Assembly: GCF_022539665.2 (NCBI RefSeq)
Contig: NC_081331.1
Span: forward strand, 7,502,001 to 7,566,000
DNA from: Daphnia carinata
Taxonomy: Eukaryota
Direction of reading: 5' to 3'
Length of the DNA stretch: 64,000 bases
The notes beneath the pieces were generated by a model that had not been told where the DNA came from, ran no database searches, and saw only the letters and a program-made list of their open reading frames with translations. Positions 26,401 to 39,449 of this stretch are shown here, piece after piece (positions within the stretch are counted from its first letter, which is position 1; each line of letters starts with the position of its first letter). Position numbers and translations under genes: made by a program.

Positions 26401-29400
26401 GGAAAGGAGCCTTTCCGAACTTGTCGAGCGTTTTTGGAGGCTGGAGGCGAAGGACGCTGTACAGCCTCCCCCACTCATGTCAGCAGACGACCGCCGGGGA
26501 GAGGAGATTCTGAAGAGGACCACCAGATACATCAGGAATCAAGTCGGTCTGATGTGGAAGGTCGACAAACCCGAGTTACCAGACAACCGCAGTATGGCGC
26601 TAAGCCGCCTGTTTCAAATTGAACGGCGCTTCAGGCGAGACCCCAGCTACGCCAAACGATACGATGATGTCATTCAAGAATACATCAACCTTGGCCATGC
26701 TCGTCTCTTGTCCACTGAAGAAGCCAAAAGAAGAACACAAAACACAATTACATGACTCATCATGGTGTTCAAAGTGCGACGAGTTTGACGATCACGACAC
26801 GAGTTGTTTTCGACTGTTCAGCAGAGTGTGAAGGTACTTCCCTGAACAAAAATCTTCTTCGCGGTCCTAAATACCTCCTAAACTTGCTTGGAATAATCTT
26901 GCGCTTCCGCAAGCATCAAATTCCTATCAGTAGCGACATCGAGAAGATGTATCACCAAGTTTTAGGCCCAGAAGAAGATCAAGATGCCTTTCGATTTTTG
27001 TACCGGTCACCGGAAAGCACGTCGCCACCGCTTACCTACAGAATGACAGTCTATGTCTTCGGAGCCGTCTCGTCGCCGTCAACTTGTTGGTTTGCCTTAA
27101 ACAAAACAGCCGAAGACAACAAAAAGAAATTTCCAGATGCAGCAGCCAGCGTAAGAACAAGCTTCTACGTCGACAACTATCTGGATTCGTTCAGTTCGGA
27201 AGAAGAGGCAATCAAATGGGCCCGCCAGCTACAGGAACTGTTGCAGCTGGGCGGTTTTAATCTCACCAAGTGGTCGTCGTCGTCAAGGAAGGTCCTAGCA
27301 GCGCTCAAATCCTTAGGCTTGGCCAATCCAAAACTGGATTTAGACTTAGACAAATTGCCTATGGATCGCGCCCTAGGTATTCTTTGGGACAGTGAAATCG
27401 ACGCGTTCACTTTCAAGGTGAGAGAAAGGGTTCAGTTACATGCCACACCTACTAAAAGAAATCTCGTAAGTGTGGTGGCCACCGTATACGACCCGCTTGG
27501 GTTCGTTGCTCCAGTGGTGTTCGCCATGAAGATGCTGACACAAGAAGTATGGCGAGCCAAGGTAGACTGGGACGAAGAGCTACCCGAACCCTTGAAATGT
27601 CGATTTCAAAAATGGTGTCAAAATTTGTCAAACCAGCACGCATCACAGTTCCGCGATGCTTAGTAAAAGAAGAGCGCCCAACAACCCAACAAGTGCACAT
27701 CTTTGCCGACGCCAGTCAACTAGGGTTTGGAGCAGTCGCATATGTGCGAAGAACTTACGCTAGTGAAAGGGTCGACGTATCTTTCATCATGGCCAAAACG
27801 CACGTCGCGCCGTTAAAACAGCTTTCTATCCCTCGGCGCGAACTTCAAGGAGCCGTCGAAGCTTTACACCTGGCCATAATAATTTGCCGTGAGATGAACC
27901 TGGATCTGAGCCAAATCACGTTTCACGTCGACTCCCAGACAGTTCTTAGATGGATCCATTCAGCCAACGTCAAATACGAAGTGTTTGTGGGAAATAGAAT
28001 TGGAAGGATTCTAATGAACACCGATTGTCGGCAATGGCGCCACGTTCCAGAAATCATGAATCCAGCAGACGTTTGCAGTAGGGGACTGGATCCCGACAGT
28101 CTCCATGAGCTACAGCAGTTCCATCAAGGGTCAGCCTTTCTGTTGCTGGAACCCCCATTATGGCCAAAGTGGGATCAGATTGAACAAAACGACCATCAAG
28201 ATCTCGAAGCCATTCATGTCTACGCAACGAAAACGGAGCCCAGTGATAACGTGATTGACCAGTGCGTAGAATATTATTCAGACAAAGTGCGCCTGGTGTG
28301 CAAACTGGTGTGCCAAAGTGAAGAACGTGAAGGTAACTTCAGGAGAACTGACGCCAGTCGAAACTGAAGCATCTCTGGCAATGTGCATTCAACGTGCACA
28401 AGAAGTGGCATACCCCGAAGATGTGTTGTTCTTAAAAAGGGGAAAGGAACTGCCAAACCGGTCGAAACTCACGCAGTTTCGACCATTCATCGATGAACAA
28501 CACCTAATGCGAGTGGGTGGTCGAATTGGTCAAGCACCCGTCGACTATGTAACAAGACATTCAGTGATCTTACCTCTAGAGGAACGGATCACAAGTCTAA
28601 TAGTCTGGGATGCTCACGTTCGAAATTACCACATTAAAGCCGACCGTTTATTGTTCGAACTTCGAACAATGTATTGGATACCCGCTGGACGAATAGTAAT
28701 CAAATCCCTACTCAACAAGTGTATTCCCTGCAAGCGGAGAAACGCACCACCAGTCGCACCACTCATGGCCCAGCTCCCAGTTCATCGTATAACACCTTTC
28801 TTGCCTCCGTTCGCACATACAGGAGTCGACTATTTTGGTCCACCTACTGTCAAAGTAGGAGGGAGAGGGCGACGGCACGAGAAAAGATGGATCTGCCTTT
28901 TTACGTGCATTACCATCCGAGCAGTGCATTTAGAAGTGACTGCTAGCCTCAGTGCAGAGGCATTCTTATTGGACTTTTCTCGATTCTCCAGCATAAGGGG
29001 AAAGCCAGTCGTTGTGTATAGCGACAACGGCACAAATTTTGTAGCTGGAGAAAAGGAGCTAAACGAGGCAGTCGAGAAACTACGCAACAGCAAAGACTAC
29101 CTAGAAGCACAATTCACTTGTCGACACATCGAGTGGCGTTTTTCCCCGCCGAGTGGACCTTATTTCGGGGAGTTTGGGAGAGGCTCGTGCAATCGTGCAA
29201 AAGAGCTATGAAAGTGACCCTCGGAAATAGTGTCGTCAGTGATCAAGTCTTAAATACTGTTGTGGTTGAAATCGGGGCTTTGCTTAATGCTCAGCCGCTA
29301 ACTCATCTCAGCGTAAGCCCCGAAGATCCAGACCCTCTCACTCCAAACCATTTCTTGCACGCCAGACCAATGCCGTAAATCCCACTGGCATACGTCGATC

Positions 29401-29960
29401 TTGACAACATGAACATCTCAGAAAACCAGTTCATACATAGTCAACTTATTGTCAATCACTACAGGAAAAGATGGATCACCGAATGTCTACCGTATCTCAC
29501 CGAAAGAAAAAAATGGACCCAGAGTCAGAAAAACATCGAAGTGAACGACATTGTACTCGTTGTCGATCCATTAACTCCTCGGGGGCAGTGGCCATTGGGA
29601 AAGGTAGTCGAAATTTTACCTAGCACGTCCGACAATGTAGTACGTGTAGCTAAAGTAAACATTTCCGGCGCAAAAAATACCCTAACTCGTCCTGTGACCA
29701 GATTATGCGTGCTGGCAACGCAAAACGAAAGTACACCTGAAATTAGCCAGACACCCTCACTGCCAAACTCGCTTAAATGCGAAGAAAAGGAAGAAAAAAA
29801 ACCCCATCGAATTACCGTAGTTGACAATTCACGTGACGTTGTCAAGGACCGCCCTCTTGTAGACCCTTTGGCAAATTACTCTTTCAAACGTCGTCTGCCA
29901 CACTGTGAAAATTTCAGTCAGCAGTGCCAGTCGACTTTCAAGTGTCTCAACTCTTCGTAG
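23464..29960 (+). pseudogene. BEL-A2 gag-pol pseudogene
   Basis: Fragmented ORFs contain DUF1759-like gag, CCHC knuckles, FLDSGSDST protease, RT (DIEKMYHQV, FGAVSSP, YVDN), RNase H (FADAS), integrase (GVDYFGP, SDNGTNF) and a C-terminal RGQWPLG motif. Confidence 0.95.
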
Positions 29961-30048
29961 TGTCTCGAACCTGTGCCAAACAAACTCGTGTCGAACTAAA
30001 AGTGCCAGTGACTATTCTCCATCGACGATCGAACAAGTGTAAGTGAAA

Positions 30049-30635
30049 ATGAAAATAGTGAATTTATACGAGTTAGAAGATCGCCAGAAGAAGTTATTGT
30101 CTCAACTCAAAAACTTTGTGCAAAATTTGAGTGTGAGGAACAAAGGGCCTGGGCGTTGTTAACTTATCGTCCCTTAGACGCCAGTGCCAAGCAAAAAACT
30201 ATCGGTGCGTTAATTTCCAGTGGAAATTACATCGAAAAAATCTTATGCAAGGAGATCTCGTCGACCATCCCACCACGCTATTCCCCGAGGCAAGGCTACC
30301 CAACATCCACTCCCACCGTATCACCACCAACTGTAACTGCCCCACGCTTTACACCGTCAGTGCCGTGTTTCGTGGATCATGTCCAACCTTTGCCGCCACA
30401 CAACATAGACCAGTGCCGGGTCTTTGTCGAGGAAATGACGGCCACTGAACGGACAAAACTGATCGCCCGGCACTCGCTATGATTTCGTTGCTGGAAGAAG
30501 GGAGACTTCGTCGGGGAAAAGAAGCATGTCGGGGCCAGCTGCAATCATGTTCGGTAGTGTTTCCGCTGTAACAGTGCTTCCCATCATCAGCTGCTTTGTC
30601 GAGCAAATTTTGTCACTCGTCAGAGCGAGCAATGA
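30049..30635 (+). pseudogene. BEL-A2 extra 3' ORF (homolog of 18908-19543)
   Basis: MKIVNLYELEDRQKKLL...(frameshift)...AWALLTYRPLDAS...PRFTPSVPCFVD...CRVF...SL*FRCW...H...CNHVR*CFRCNSASHHQLLC...FVTRQSEQ*. Confidence 0.8.
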
Positions 30636-30752
30636 CGCGATTTGTGGTCGACCCCCCGCTTTTAGAATCCAGAAGTTCTCCTTTGTTCTCCATGTTATGT
30701 TTTTGTTTCCGTAACTAAATGTTGTTTGTCGAAGTGACAAACAAGGGCCCGC

Positions 30753-31116
30753 TGTCACCGATTTGATCGGTAGATGCAAAACCCCCTAGAGGGCTCCCTT
30801 ACATGTTCGACCTTCTTTTGTTTCTTTCTTGTTTTCTTGGAGACACACTTGGTCCGATCTAGTTAATACCTTTTGAGTACTCGTTAAGTTGTCAATTCAG
30901 TCTCAATTTGTGTTCTTTTGAGTCTTCTTTCTGTTCCCTTTTTGAGTCGACATTCACGTCGAAATCCCCCCTTGTATAACGAAGTATTCCTTGGTTTTTT
31001 GTTAATAAAGAATTACAAACCTTCGTTAGTTTCTTAACAGTACAGGACAGGGAATTAAGGGCTTAAAGACTGACACTTTTTAAAGCTATTGCCATTCTCT
31101 CATGAGATACGCAACA
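30753..31116 (+). repeat. BEL-A2 3' LTR
   Basis: Direct repeat of 22902-23264, preceded by AAACAAGGGCCCGC. Confidence 0.97.
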
Positions 31117-32659
31117 ACGCTGTTTGTCGAATATATCAGTGGAAGGTGATTAGTCTTCACTCGACAGCGGAACATTCTTCTAGCGAAGAATCTATTTTCT
31201 CCTCAACGTATATATGAACGCTGATGATTCCTGTTCTGTATTTGCCTGTAAGTGGGCCGCCCTTGCTACGACGCATGTAAACAGGCAAATGTATGCGTTT
31301 GCTTGTTTTTTTTGTTGCGCCGGTGCAAATGGGAAACAGTCTCGTGAAATCTACATTCATAATGAAGCTGGTATCTCGCTGAATGTTCTGGCTTCCAATT
31401 TTGGCATTTCATACAGCACCTTAGTTCTTTTTTTATTGCTCGCCTTCGTTTTGGTATCCAAAACCTTTTCCTTACTTCTGCCATCATAGTGTTAACCCAT
31501 GTGCGTTTAATTCTTTTGTTGGTTTGTTCTATTAATTTTCTCATTACATAATGTTCTACTGGTAGCAGTATTACCACTTCTCTATTGTTGTAAATTAACC
31601 AGTTATGTTAGTCGTCTGTCTAGGGACTACGTTCTTTTCCTCCCACTTAATCTCCCTCGTCACTCATAGTTTCCTTAGTTTTCTGTATTCCCATGGTATG
31701 GTTTCTCTCATTACTGTTATGACTTCTGGAATTGCTTCTTGTTGCATTTTTCTTGTACGTCTGATACGTTGGTCTGGCACGTTTGAATTTGTCCTTTTTC
31801 AGGGTTTTAATTGTATTCTACGCAGTTCCGGAGTTCACACAAGCAAAAAAGAAAAGAAAGTTTTTTTAGGCTGAATATGGAAACTTCAGTATCTTCTCTT
31901 CGTGCACGGATGACAATAGTCCCGTCCGCGAAAATTTACAAAGCAGCTTTTTGTTGATTTTTTTGGTCTCCTATTGTTCGTCCTGCATCAACCAGCTAAA
32001 CTAGTCATAATCCCAGATTTTCGGATCGTTCGGATGGAAAGAGACTCCCTCTCTTTGAGGCTCTTGAATGCTAGTACCAGAAACGGTAACTGACTCGTCG
32101 TCGTCTGGAATCTTTTGTCCTGATTGCCCTTGATTTCGTGGTATAGGTGATATAAACTGAAGTTGAGCTGATTTTCCAATAGATTGGCTCTTGTTGTTAG
32201 AAAAACCCAAAAGCGTGCTCGGTAGAAAACTAGTTTTGGACGCGCTTTTGAATAGGAGAATTCCCAAGTGAGAAGGCGAGAAGCTAAGCTAGCATAAAGC
32301 GAAGGTGCATGTTAACAGGCGCAGCGCTGCCTCTGCCACGGGTCCAAGTTTTATGAGGGGCGGTCTTAACTATTGAGGCCACTTTATCATACGCAACATT
32401 TGACCTTAATTTCATAACTTAGTTTTATCTGTCTGTAATTTTGTACTAGAAACGGGAGTAACAGATTTTTTTAATGACCTCTGTTTTTTTAAGTCTTACA
32501 ATTCTGAGGTTTATCTGGACCGTTCCCTTACCAGTTTGAGCTACGGACGTTATGAGAATTACTAAAGTGTCTACAGAGATAGACCTACAGAAAATTTTTG
32601 ACCCGCCAGGAATAATGTCATCCGTCATTGTGGTTGAGTTTGAACAATCGCTTTCACCA

Positions 32660-32920
32660 TTACGTAAAGCATTCTCTCCGTGTGGGGAATGACTTTACAT
32701 GCTTCTAATCAAATCATAAGAGAGAATTCGAGAGGCGTTTTACCCGTAACAATGAATGTATTTGTCTAGGCTGCAGGTGTTCATCCAGTTAGCAAGTGTT
32801 CATTGAGGTCATACGTGTTGCGCATAGTGTGCTGCAACTAATAAGTATACTCTTGGTAATGAGTAAACATGCAAAGAAGGGGAATATATATTGAAGATAG
32901 ATATATTTGGCTTCGTTACC
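32660..32920 (-). repeat. Fragment of the post-env region of the env-bearing retroelement family
   Basis: Matches 10115-10222 (gggaatgactttac...gagaggcgttttac...tgaatgtattt..ctaggct) and 10680-10778 (cgtgttgcgcata.tgtg.tgcaacta...aatatatattgaa...ggcttcgt). It also matches 42530-42600 in reverse complement. Confidence 0.7.
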
Positions 32921-34013
32921 AATTTTTAATTCATCTAGAACAAAAACTTAAACTGCTTAATTATACCCGATAAAATGTTAAGTAAAATCAGGTCTTTTAG
33001 CGGCCAAATAGCCTAACTTGTGTACTGAAATATCGAAGACTAATTTTTTCAATCCATAAAATAATAATATTAAATCTTGGAAAAAAAACTATTTAGTATG
33101 ACTAGTTTTGGGCAATTTAACAACATAATAATTTCTGCTTATTTCAGACATACAAAACTAATCTCCAACTCATAAGGAAAATGCAGTTATTCTTACATCA
33201 ATTAATGTCAAATTTTAAGAGCAATTGATTGTTACGTAATACTTCAATGCTCCTTGTGTTTTTGAATTTCATGAAAATCCTTGATGAAATTGAGCTGATT
33301 CATATACCTAGATTTTTAAATTCATTTTGTTGATTGGTCCCGCTGTCACATACGGTGCTGCCCTCGCGGGCAGGGCTGTAGGGGGCACGGGCCTACAAAT
33401 TTAGTGTGTGTAATTTTTTTGGTTTTTTTTTCCTTTGTCTGCCTTTTGGGAGGTTGTGACCAGTTAATAGTCAAGTACAGCCGAATTAAGTTGTCTAAGT
33501 TTTTTTGTGTCGTATTTTTGTTGTCTCTTTGTCCCCGAAACAGTTTTCACCCAGACAGTTGTCTCGTTTTAAGTTTTTGACCCAGACAGTCACCTTTTGT
33601 TTCGTCTTCCACTAAGTAAATTGCTCCTGCCCCATCTTTGTCACCTAGAACAGCTAAAAATACAGTGTCGTCATTCCCAATCACATTCACCTTTCTCATT
33701 TTCCCTTACTTTTTCATCATCCCTCTCATCTCTCTCTCTGTTACGTTCCCAACACGGGGAATTAGTAACAAATGGTGCTGAAATCCGGAATTTGACGAAC
33801 ACGTGCATTTCTCGTCCTCGTTTGTAAAAACCCTCGCTTGATCCGTAAATTGTCGGGTATTTTCCCTGTAAAACTTTGGCAGACGTCTACGCCAGCCTGA
33901 AGGCTAAGCCCTACCACGCGTTTGCCATCTGGCTGGAAGATCGGTGTATCTACGTGAATCATCGAGATTCATTAACGTGTGACTCTATCAGCCTTTAATA
34001 ACGCTTCTACGTC

Positions 34014-37000
34014 ATGAGTGAAGCCGTACCAAAAGCCGAAAATATGGACATGGACGGCCATAACCCAATGGTAGACGCATTGAAACCTGAACGGCAGAAG
34101 AGTGAGAGGCCACTACTTCCCGAAAACGATCTCAAGAAGAAATGTGATAAGAGAAAGGCGGCCCACACAAAGTTAACGACAACTCAGAAAGGCAGTGGAA
34201 GACCACAAGACGGGAGCCATCAGATTGAAGAAGTTGCAAGTAACAGCATGGCGTGACGAATTGATTCCTATATATGAAGAAGTCAAAGAAATACGTAGCA
34301 AGTATACAGAAAGTATATCCGGCCTGACTGATCAGCAACGTCAAGCATGTGACAAGTGGGAAGTAGACTTCAAAACTGATCACGGGGAAATTGCCAAATT
34401 TGATAGTCGCTACGCCACTTCCTCGAATCAATCCGTCAGCTCGATCGGGACATCAGCCTCGGACATCACATGCCCCACGTTATCCGAAAAGAGACATACC
34501 AACGTTAAACCAACCAGCCTTCTCCAACAATTAAGCCATGGGGAGTTGGAGACTGAAGCTCACATGCTGAAGCTGGAATTGAAGTTGGAAACCGCAAGGG
34601 CTGAGATGGAGGCAAACACAACTTCCATCACAGCAACCCTTAATAAGGAATTAAGGAGCATGAGTGAACAGTAAGGTAAACTCATTGACAGCTCAAGAGT
34701 CACGTCCAAAGACATCGCGGCCAACAACACGCTAGTCAGGGAAGCACATCAAACGTTGGACGGGTTGGATAAGAAAATTGATGCAGTTAAAGTGGAGTTA
34801 AACGCCAAAATCGAAGACCTTCGAATGGAAGTAGACGTGATGAAAGTTCAACCACGAACGATTCAAGATAAACGATCTCCCGAGCGATCACAATTCTCAC
34901 AACCTCGTCAAAACGTTTCTACCCTGTCACCCCTCCGTACGATGGAAGATACAGTCCGACATCGTAGAAGATTGGTCGCCGCCGATGCATTTCCACGAGA
35001 TCCGTGGCGTGGGGCTATGGCCACGACGACGTCCAGTTGCGACCCTACGGATCACGATGAAGATGAGGGCTCTGAACGTTCACACAACCACAGTCAAGCA
35101 AATCGTCCTCACAGCAGTTTTTGCAGCCGTTTCCAACCTCCAAACATCAAGATCCAGCTGTTCGACGGTAACCCTAAGAATTAAGCTCGATTCAAGGCCA
35201 AATTCCAGTCCATGTGTGAAGAGTATGAGGACTCTCCGGTACTTCTTTTTATGTTGGAGGAGCTGCTAGCCGAAGAGGTACGTAATGAAATCGGTGAATG
35301 TCTGACCGATGGAACAATGTACTCCGTGGTGTGGGAGCGTTTGGACGTGGTCTACGGTCGTACTGAGATTATGGATCAGACGTGCCTCGACGACCTTTTA
35401 CAGGTCCCGCCACTGAAGAGCCTAGATGCTGCCAGCCTCAAGACTTTCGCAAACCGTCTTCACGGAGCAGTAGCCACGCTCTCAAAATCGAAGTACAGCC
35501 ATGAGCTGTACAGCCGTACCACCTTGATGGCCCTTGAAGCAAAATTGACGCCTTACCTCAAGGATAAGTGGAACGAAAAACGGAAAAAGACAGGCGTAGA
35601 ACTGAATGTTCTAGACTTAGACGACTAGGTAACGTTCGTCCATGAGGGGTAAAAGTTCTACATGAGCAAACAGCATGGAAAAAAATGTATTCCAGTCTTT
35701 ACCCAAGTCGACGTCCAAAGGTGTAAAGTTCGACGAAAGGAAACACTTCAAGAGACCCAGCATCCCATACACGTCGACCATTGGACACGTATCGACGATG
35801 GAAGGTTAAAAAACATCGGCGTCATCATCTTCAGCAACTATGCCTACAAGGAGCCGATCAACCTCGGGGAAGATGCAAGCCGAGAAGGCCGAATGGTGGA
35901 AATGCCTTGTATGTAACGGCAGGGCCCACAATCTCTCAACCTGTACCGCTTTCATGTCTCTCACGCCCACGAAAAGGGCTGAAAAGGTATTCAAGTCTGG
36001 AAGTTGTTAGTTATGTCTTACGGGAAAACACGAACGCAAGGAGTGTCCCAGGCTACATTTGGGAAGAAAATACAGAGCCAGAAGAACGGGATGTAAAGGT
36101 GATTCGTGTCTTGGCAGTAAAAACCGAATATAAAACCACATCATCGATCGATGTGTCGTACGTCTTTCCAGCCTGTTGAAACTTCAACGAGTGGTGGCAT
36201 GGAGTCAAAGATTTGTCAACAACGCTCGAACAAAATTACGTGGAGAAAAACCCATGGTCGGAGAGTTAACGGTAAAAGACATGGTAACGTCGCTGACAAA
36301 ATGCGTCATACATGCACAGGAATTGGTCTTTGCCGAAGAATTCTACACCTTTCGAAAGAATCTGGAATTGTCACTCAGATCAAAGCTTCGCACCTTCAAG
36401 CTCTTCTTGGATGAAATCAGACAGCTGCGAATAGGCGGACGTATACTTCACGCGCCAATAGACTATGCAGCTAAGCACCCCTTACTCCTACCAGCGACGC
36501 AACCTTTAACACGGAGAATAGTTTGGGATTATCACATAAGACATCTGCACGTCAAAACCGAGAGATTACTGACGGACCTCCTTTCACGCTATTGGATACT
36601 TTCGGGACGCAAGATGGTAAAATCCGTAATCAACAATTGCTGGTCTTGCAAGCGTACGTCGTCAAAGCCTAGCCCTCCGTTGATGGCTTCACTACCAGTC
36701 CACCGTTTAGCACCCCATCTGCCCGCGTTCACGTACAAAGGGATCGATTACTTTAGACCTTTAACTGTACGAGTCGGTGGAAGAGGAAGAGGACACGAAA
36801 AACGTTATATTAACCTATTAACGTGCTTGACGACACGAGCAGTTCACCTGGAAGTAGCGGTTTATGTATGGAGTAGTTTCTTTGTTTCTCCCGCTTTACC
36901 AGCCTGCGAGGGAAGCCGAAAGTGGTTTATAGTGACAATGGAACAAACTTTGTTGCCGCCGAACAGGAGCTTCGACAAGCCCTAGAAGAACTTGTTACTA

Positions 37001-37687
37001 AACACGAAGAACTTACTTTGGTAATGGCTTGTTAGCAAATAGAGTGGAACTCTTCTCCACCCTATGAACCACACTTTGGTGGTGTTTGGGAAAGAATCGT
37101 ACAGTCTTGCAAACGGGCAATGAAAACCAGCATAGTTAATTGCCTAGTCACGGACCAAGTGTTACGGACCGTCATTGTTGAAGTAGCAGCTCTGTTAAGT
37201 GCCCGGCCGTTAACACACTTAAGCATGGATCCTGAAGATCCGGAATCTTTAATTCCCAATCACCTCCTATACGGTGGAGCTTGGCCGTACTTGCCCCTCC
37301 AGCTGGCTGACGTGGGAGATATGAACGTCACCAACAACCAGCTTCTCTAAAGCCAAGGCATCCTCCAACACTTTTTGAACAGATGGCTACGTGAATACGT
37401 TCCTCACTTAACAGAAAGAAGAAAATGGCAAGAAAATAGGCCTAACATCAGCGTAGGGGTTGGTCCTTGTAATTGAACCAAATACTTTGCGTGGTCAGTG
37501 GCCGTTGGGCGAAGTGCTTGAAGTTATTCCCAGCCCTACTGACAATGTTGTTCGAGTAGTAAAAGTGAAGCTCAGCAGCCATCCAAGACCATGTATTCGA
37601 CCGGTGGCCAAACTATTTATCATGGTTGTGGCAAAAGATCACGAAGTTTATGCACAGGGAGAGAAAACGGAATCCTCAAACGCGTAA
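34014..37687 (+). pseudogene. BEL-B1 gag + integrase pseudogene
   Basis: Fragmented ORFs colinear with 52820-54860 and 57350-59008. Confidence 0.9.
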
Positions 37688-38048
37688 ACGTTCAACTTTA
37701 GTATTTTAAAAATGTAAATATTGCTTGTAATGGAGTTAAAATCAAGAGCCGAAGTCGCAAATTCAAAATTGCAAATGCGACAAGTACAATCATGTGATGA
37801 AAACATATAAATGTCAACAACGTAGAAAAATCGCAACCTAAACTCTGGTGGGATTCACTAAGCTCTGTGCCATCCATATTCAAGTTCAAATACAGGGCAA
37901 AAGGCAAAAGTCAGGTCGCCTGCTGTTTAGTACTACAAAAAAAAACGTGAAACCGTTTAGCCTACCCTGCTAGTAGACGATATTCAGTCGACCTAACTTT
38001 GCTTAGTGTGCACGTCTCCTGTGTACCCCTACGTCCAACGTTAGTAAA

Positions 38049-38726
38049 ATGGCCGAAAATTCATTCCCATCCGCAGCATCCGTGAAAGAGAAGTTGAAAG
38101 TGAGTCGTGAGCGTGAAGAGGAATGAGCCGCCAACCTCAAGGAGACGATCGAAGACATTTTGCGGTCTAAAACAGAAGCCATCAACCAAGTCTACAGGTA
38201 CCAACGTGTGATCCTCCGTCTCGACGAGGAGTATGAGAAGAGGCAGCAAGGTCTCGTGAACGTACACGTTCACTTCAATACCGAGCGAGAGACAATGATG
38301 AGTGGGTACATCGGGTCTCTCTTACGCAAGGATCGAGAAAAGGCGGCCGATGCTCCGGTACCCACGCCGGTCGCCACCCCAGATCGTCCCATGTTCATCG
38401 TCCCGCCGCACACTCCTAATATCGCGTGCTTCCTGAAGTTGCACGTTTCGGGAGCAAGCCCATGCAAGAGGATGATCTCAACCTGTGAGGATTTTATGCT
38501 TGTCACAAACTAAGACCGGTTAGAGTTCCTCCTTCAACAACGCCGGTACTTTGGGTGCTTCGTGCCGACGGTTGTAGCTGGATACGTAAGGCTCACGGAT
38601 TGCCCCCACCCTCGTCATTGAGGGTTGTACAACACCCGTGACCACCACCAGATCCTCTGTGGCACAAAAAAGGCGTACAAGAACATTCTCCCAACCGCTA
38701 AACTCATGTTCGACCACGTAAACTGA
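38049..38726 (+). pseudogene. BEL-B1 extra 3' ORF (coiled-coil-like + Pro-rich + Cys/His knuckles)
   Basis: A single frame with three internal stops: MAENSFPSAASVKEKLK...VNVHVHFNTERETMMSGYIGS...PVATPDRP...CEDFMLVTN*DRLEFLLQQRRYFGCFVP...DCPHPR...DHHQILC. Confidence 0.8.
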
Positions 38727-39449
38727 AGTAATTTTTGTTCCTTTAAAGTTGCATTGCGGAAAGTAATTGATTTTGTTTGTTAGTACACCTGTTGTCACGG
38801 TGGGTTCCACTGTCACATACGGTGCTGCCCTCGCGGGCAGGGCTGTAGGGGGCACGGGCCTACACATTTAGTGTGTGTAATTTTTTTTGGTTTTTCTTTC
38901 CTTTGTCTGCCTTTTGGAGGGTTGAGATCAGTTAATAGACAAGTACAGCCGAATCAAGTTGTCTAAGTTATTTTGTGTCGCATTTTTGTTGTCTCTTTGT
39001 CCCCGAAACAGTTTTTCACCCAGACAGTTGTCTCGTTTTAAGTTTTTGACCCAGGCAGTCACCTCTTGTCTCGTCTTCCACCAAGTAAATTGCTCCTGCC
39101 CCATCTTTGTCACCTAGAACCTGTCACCTAGAATAACTAAAAATACAGTGTCGTCATTCCCAATAATTCACCTTTCTTATTTTCCCTTAGTTTCTCATCA
39201 TCCCTCTCATCTCTCTCTCTGTTACGTTCCCAGCACGGGGAATTAGTAACACTCATTATTGTTTTTTTCACCTTCTTACGTACTTTTAGGCATGTACAAT
39301 GCAAAATGTTTTTCGTACAATTCTTTGAGACATTAATGAGTAGCCAGCTCATTTGTCATTACACTAATGCGTATTCTTTCAACGTTGTTTGATGGGCTAC
39401 CTCTAATTCCATTGAAGTAACCCGGCATATACTGACAATATGCTAAATT

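Larger units (their letters stand above)
22902..31116 (+). mobile_element. BEL/Pao LTR retrotransposon, family A copy 2 (full-length, disabled)
   Basis: LTRs of 363 and 364 bp differing at about a dozen positions, near-TSD ACCCT/ACGCT, perfect tRNA-Phe PBS, and complete gag-PR-RT-RH-IN order. Confidence 0.97.
21440..32270 (-). mobile_element. Older, highly decayed minus-strand BEL/Pao remnant interrupted by BEL-A2
   Basis: 31117-32270 gives protease-like (GILLFKSASKTSFL), integrase Zn-binding (ILLP..H...FWIPKRRRAIKKELRCCMKC) and core (YICLFTCVVARAAHL) fragments. The integrase C-terminal part continues left of 22902 (PIRYRDVGLI). Left and right limits are approximate. Confidence 0.65.
33344..39251 (+). 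mobile_element. BEL/Pao LTR retrotransposon, family B copy 1 (internally deleted)
   Basis: LTRs at 33344-33770 and 38811-39251 with a degenerate Phe PBS. Gag and integrase are present, but PR/RT/RH were removed by a ~2.5-kb deletion near 36050 relative to BEL-B2. No clean TSD. Confidence 0.93.

Noticed and set aside
27166..27177. RT motif YVDN (YLDN at 56352-56363) instead of YxDD as a novelty or inactivating change
   Set aside because: Shared by both families here, and YxDN variants are known among BEL/Pao RTs.
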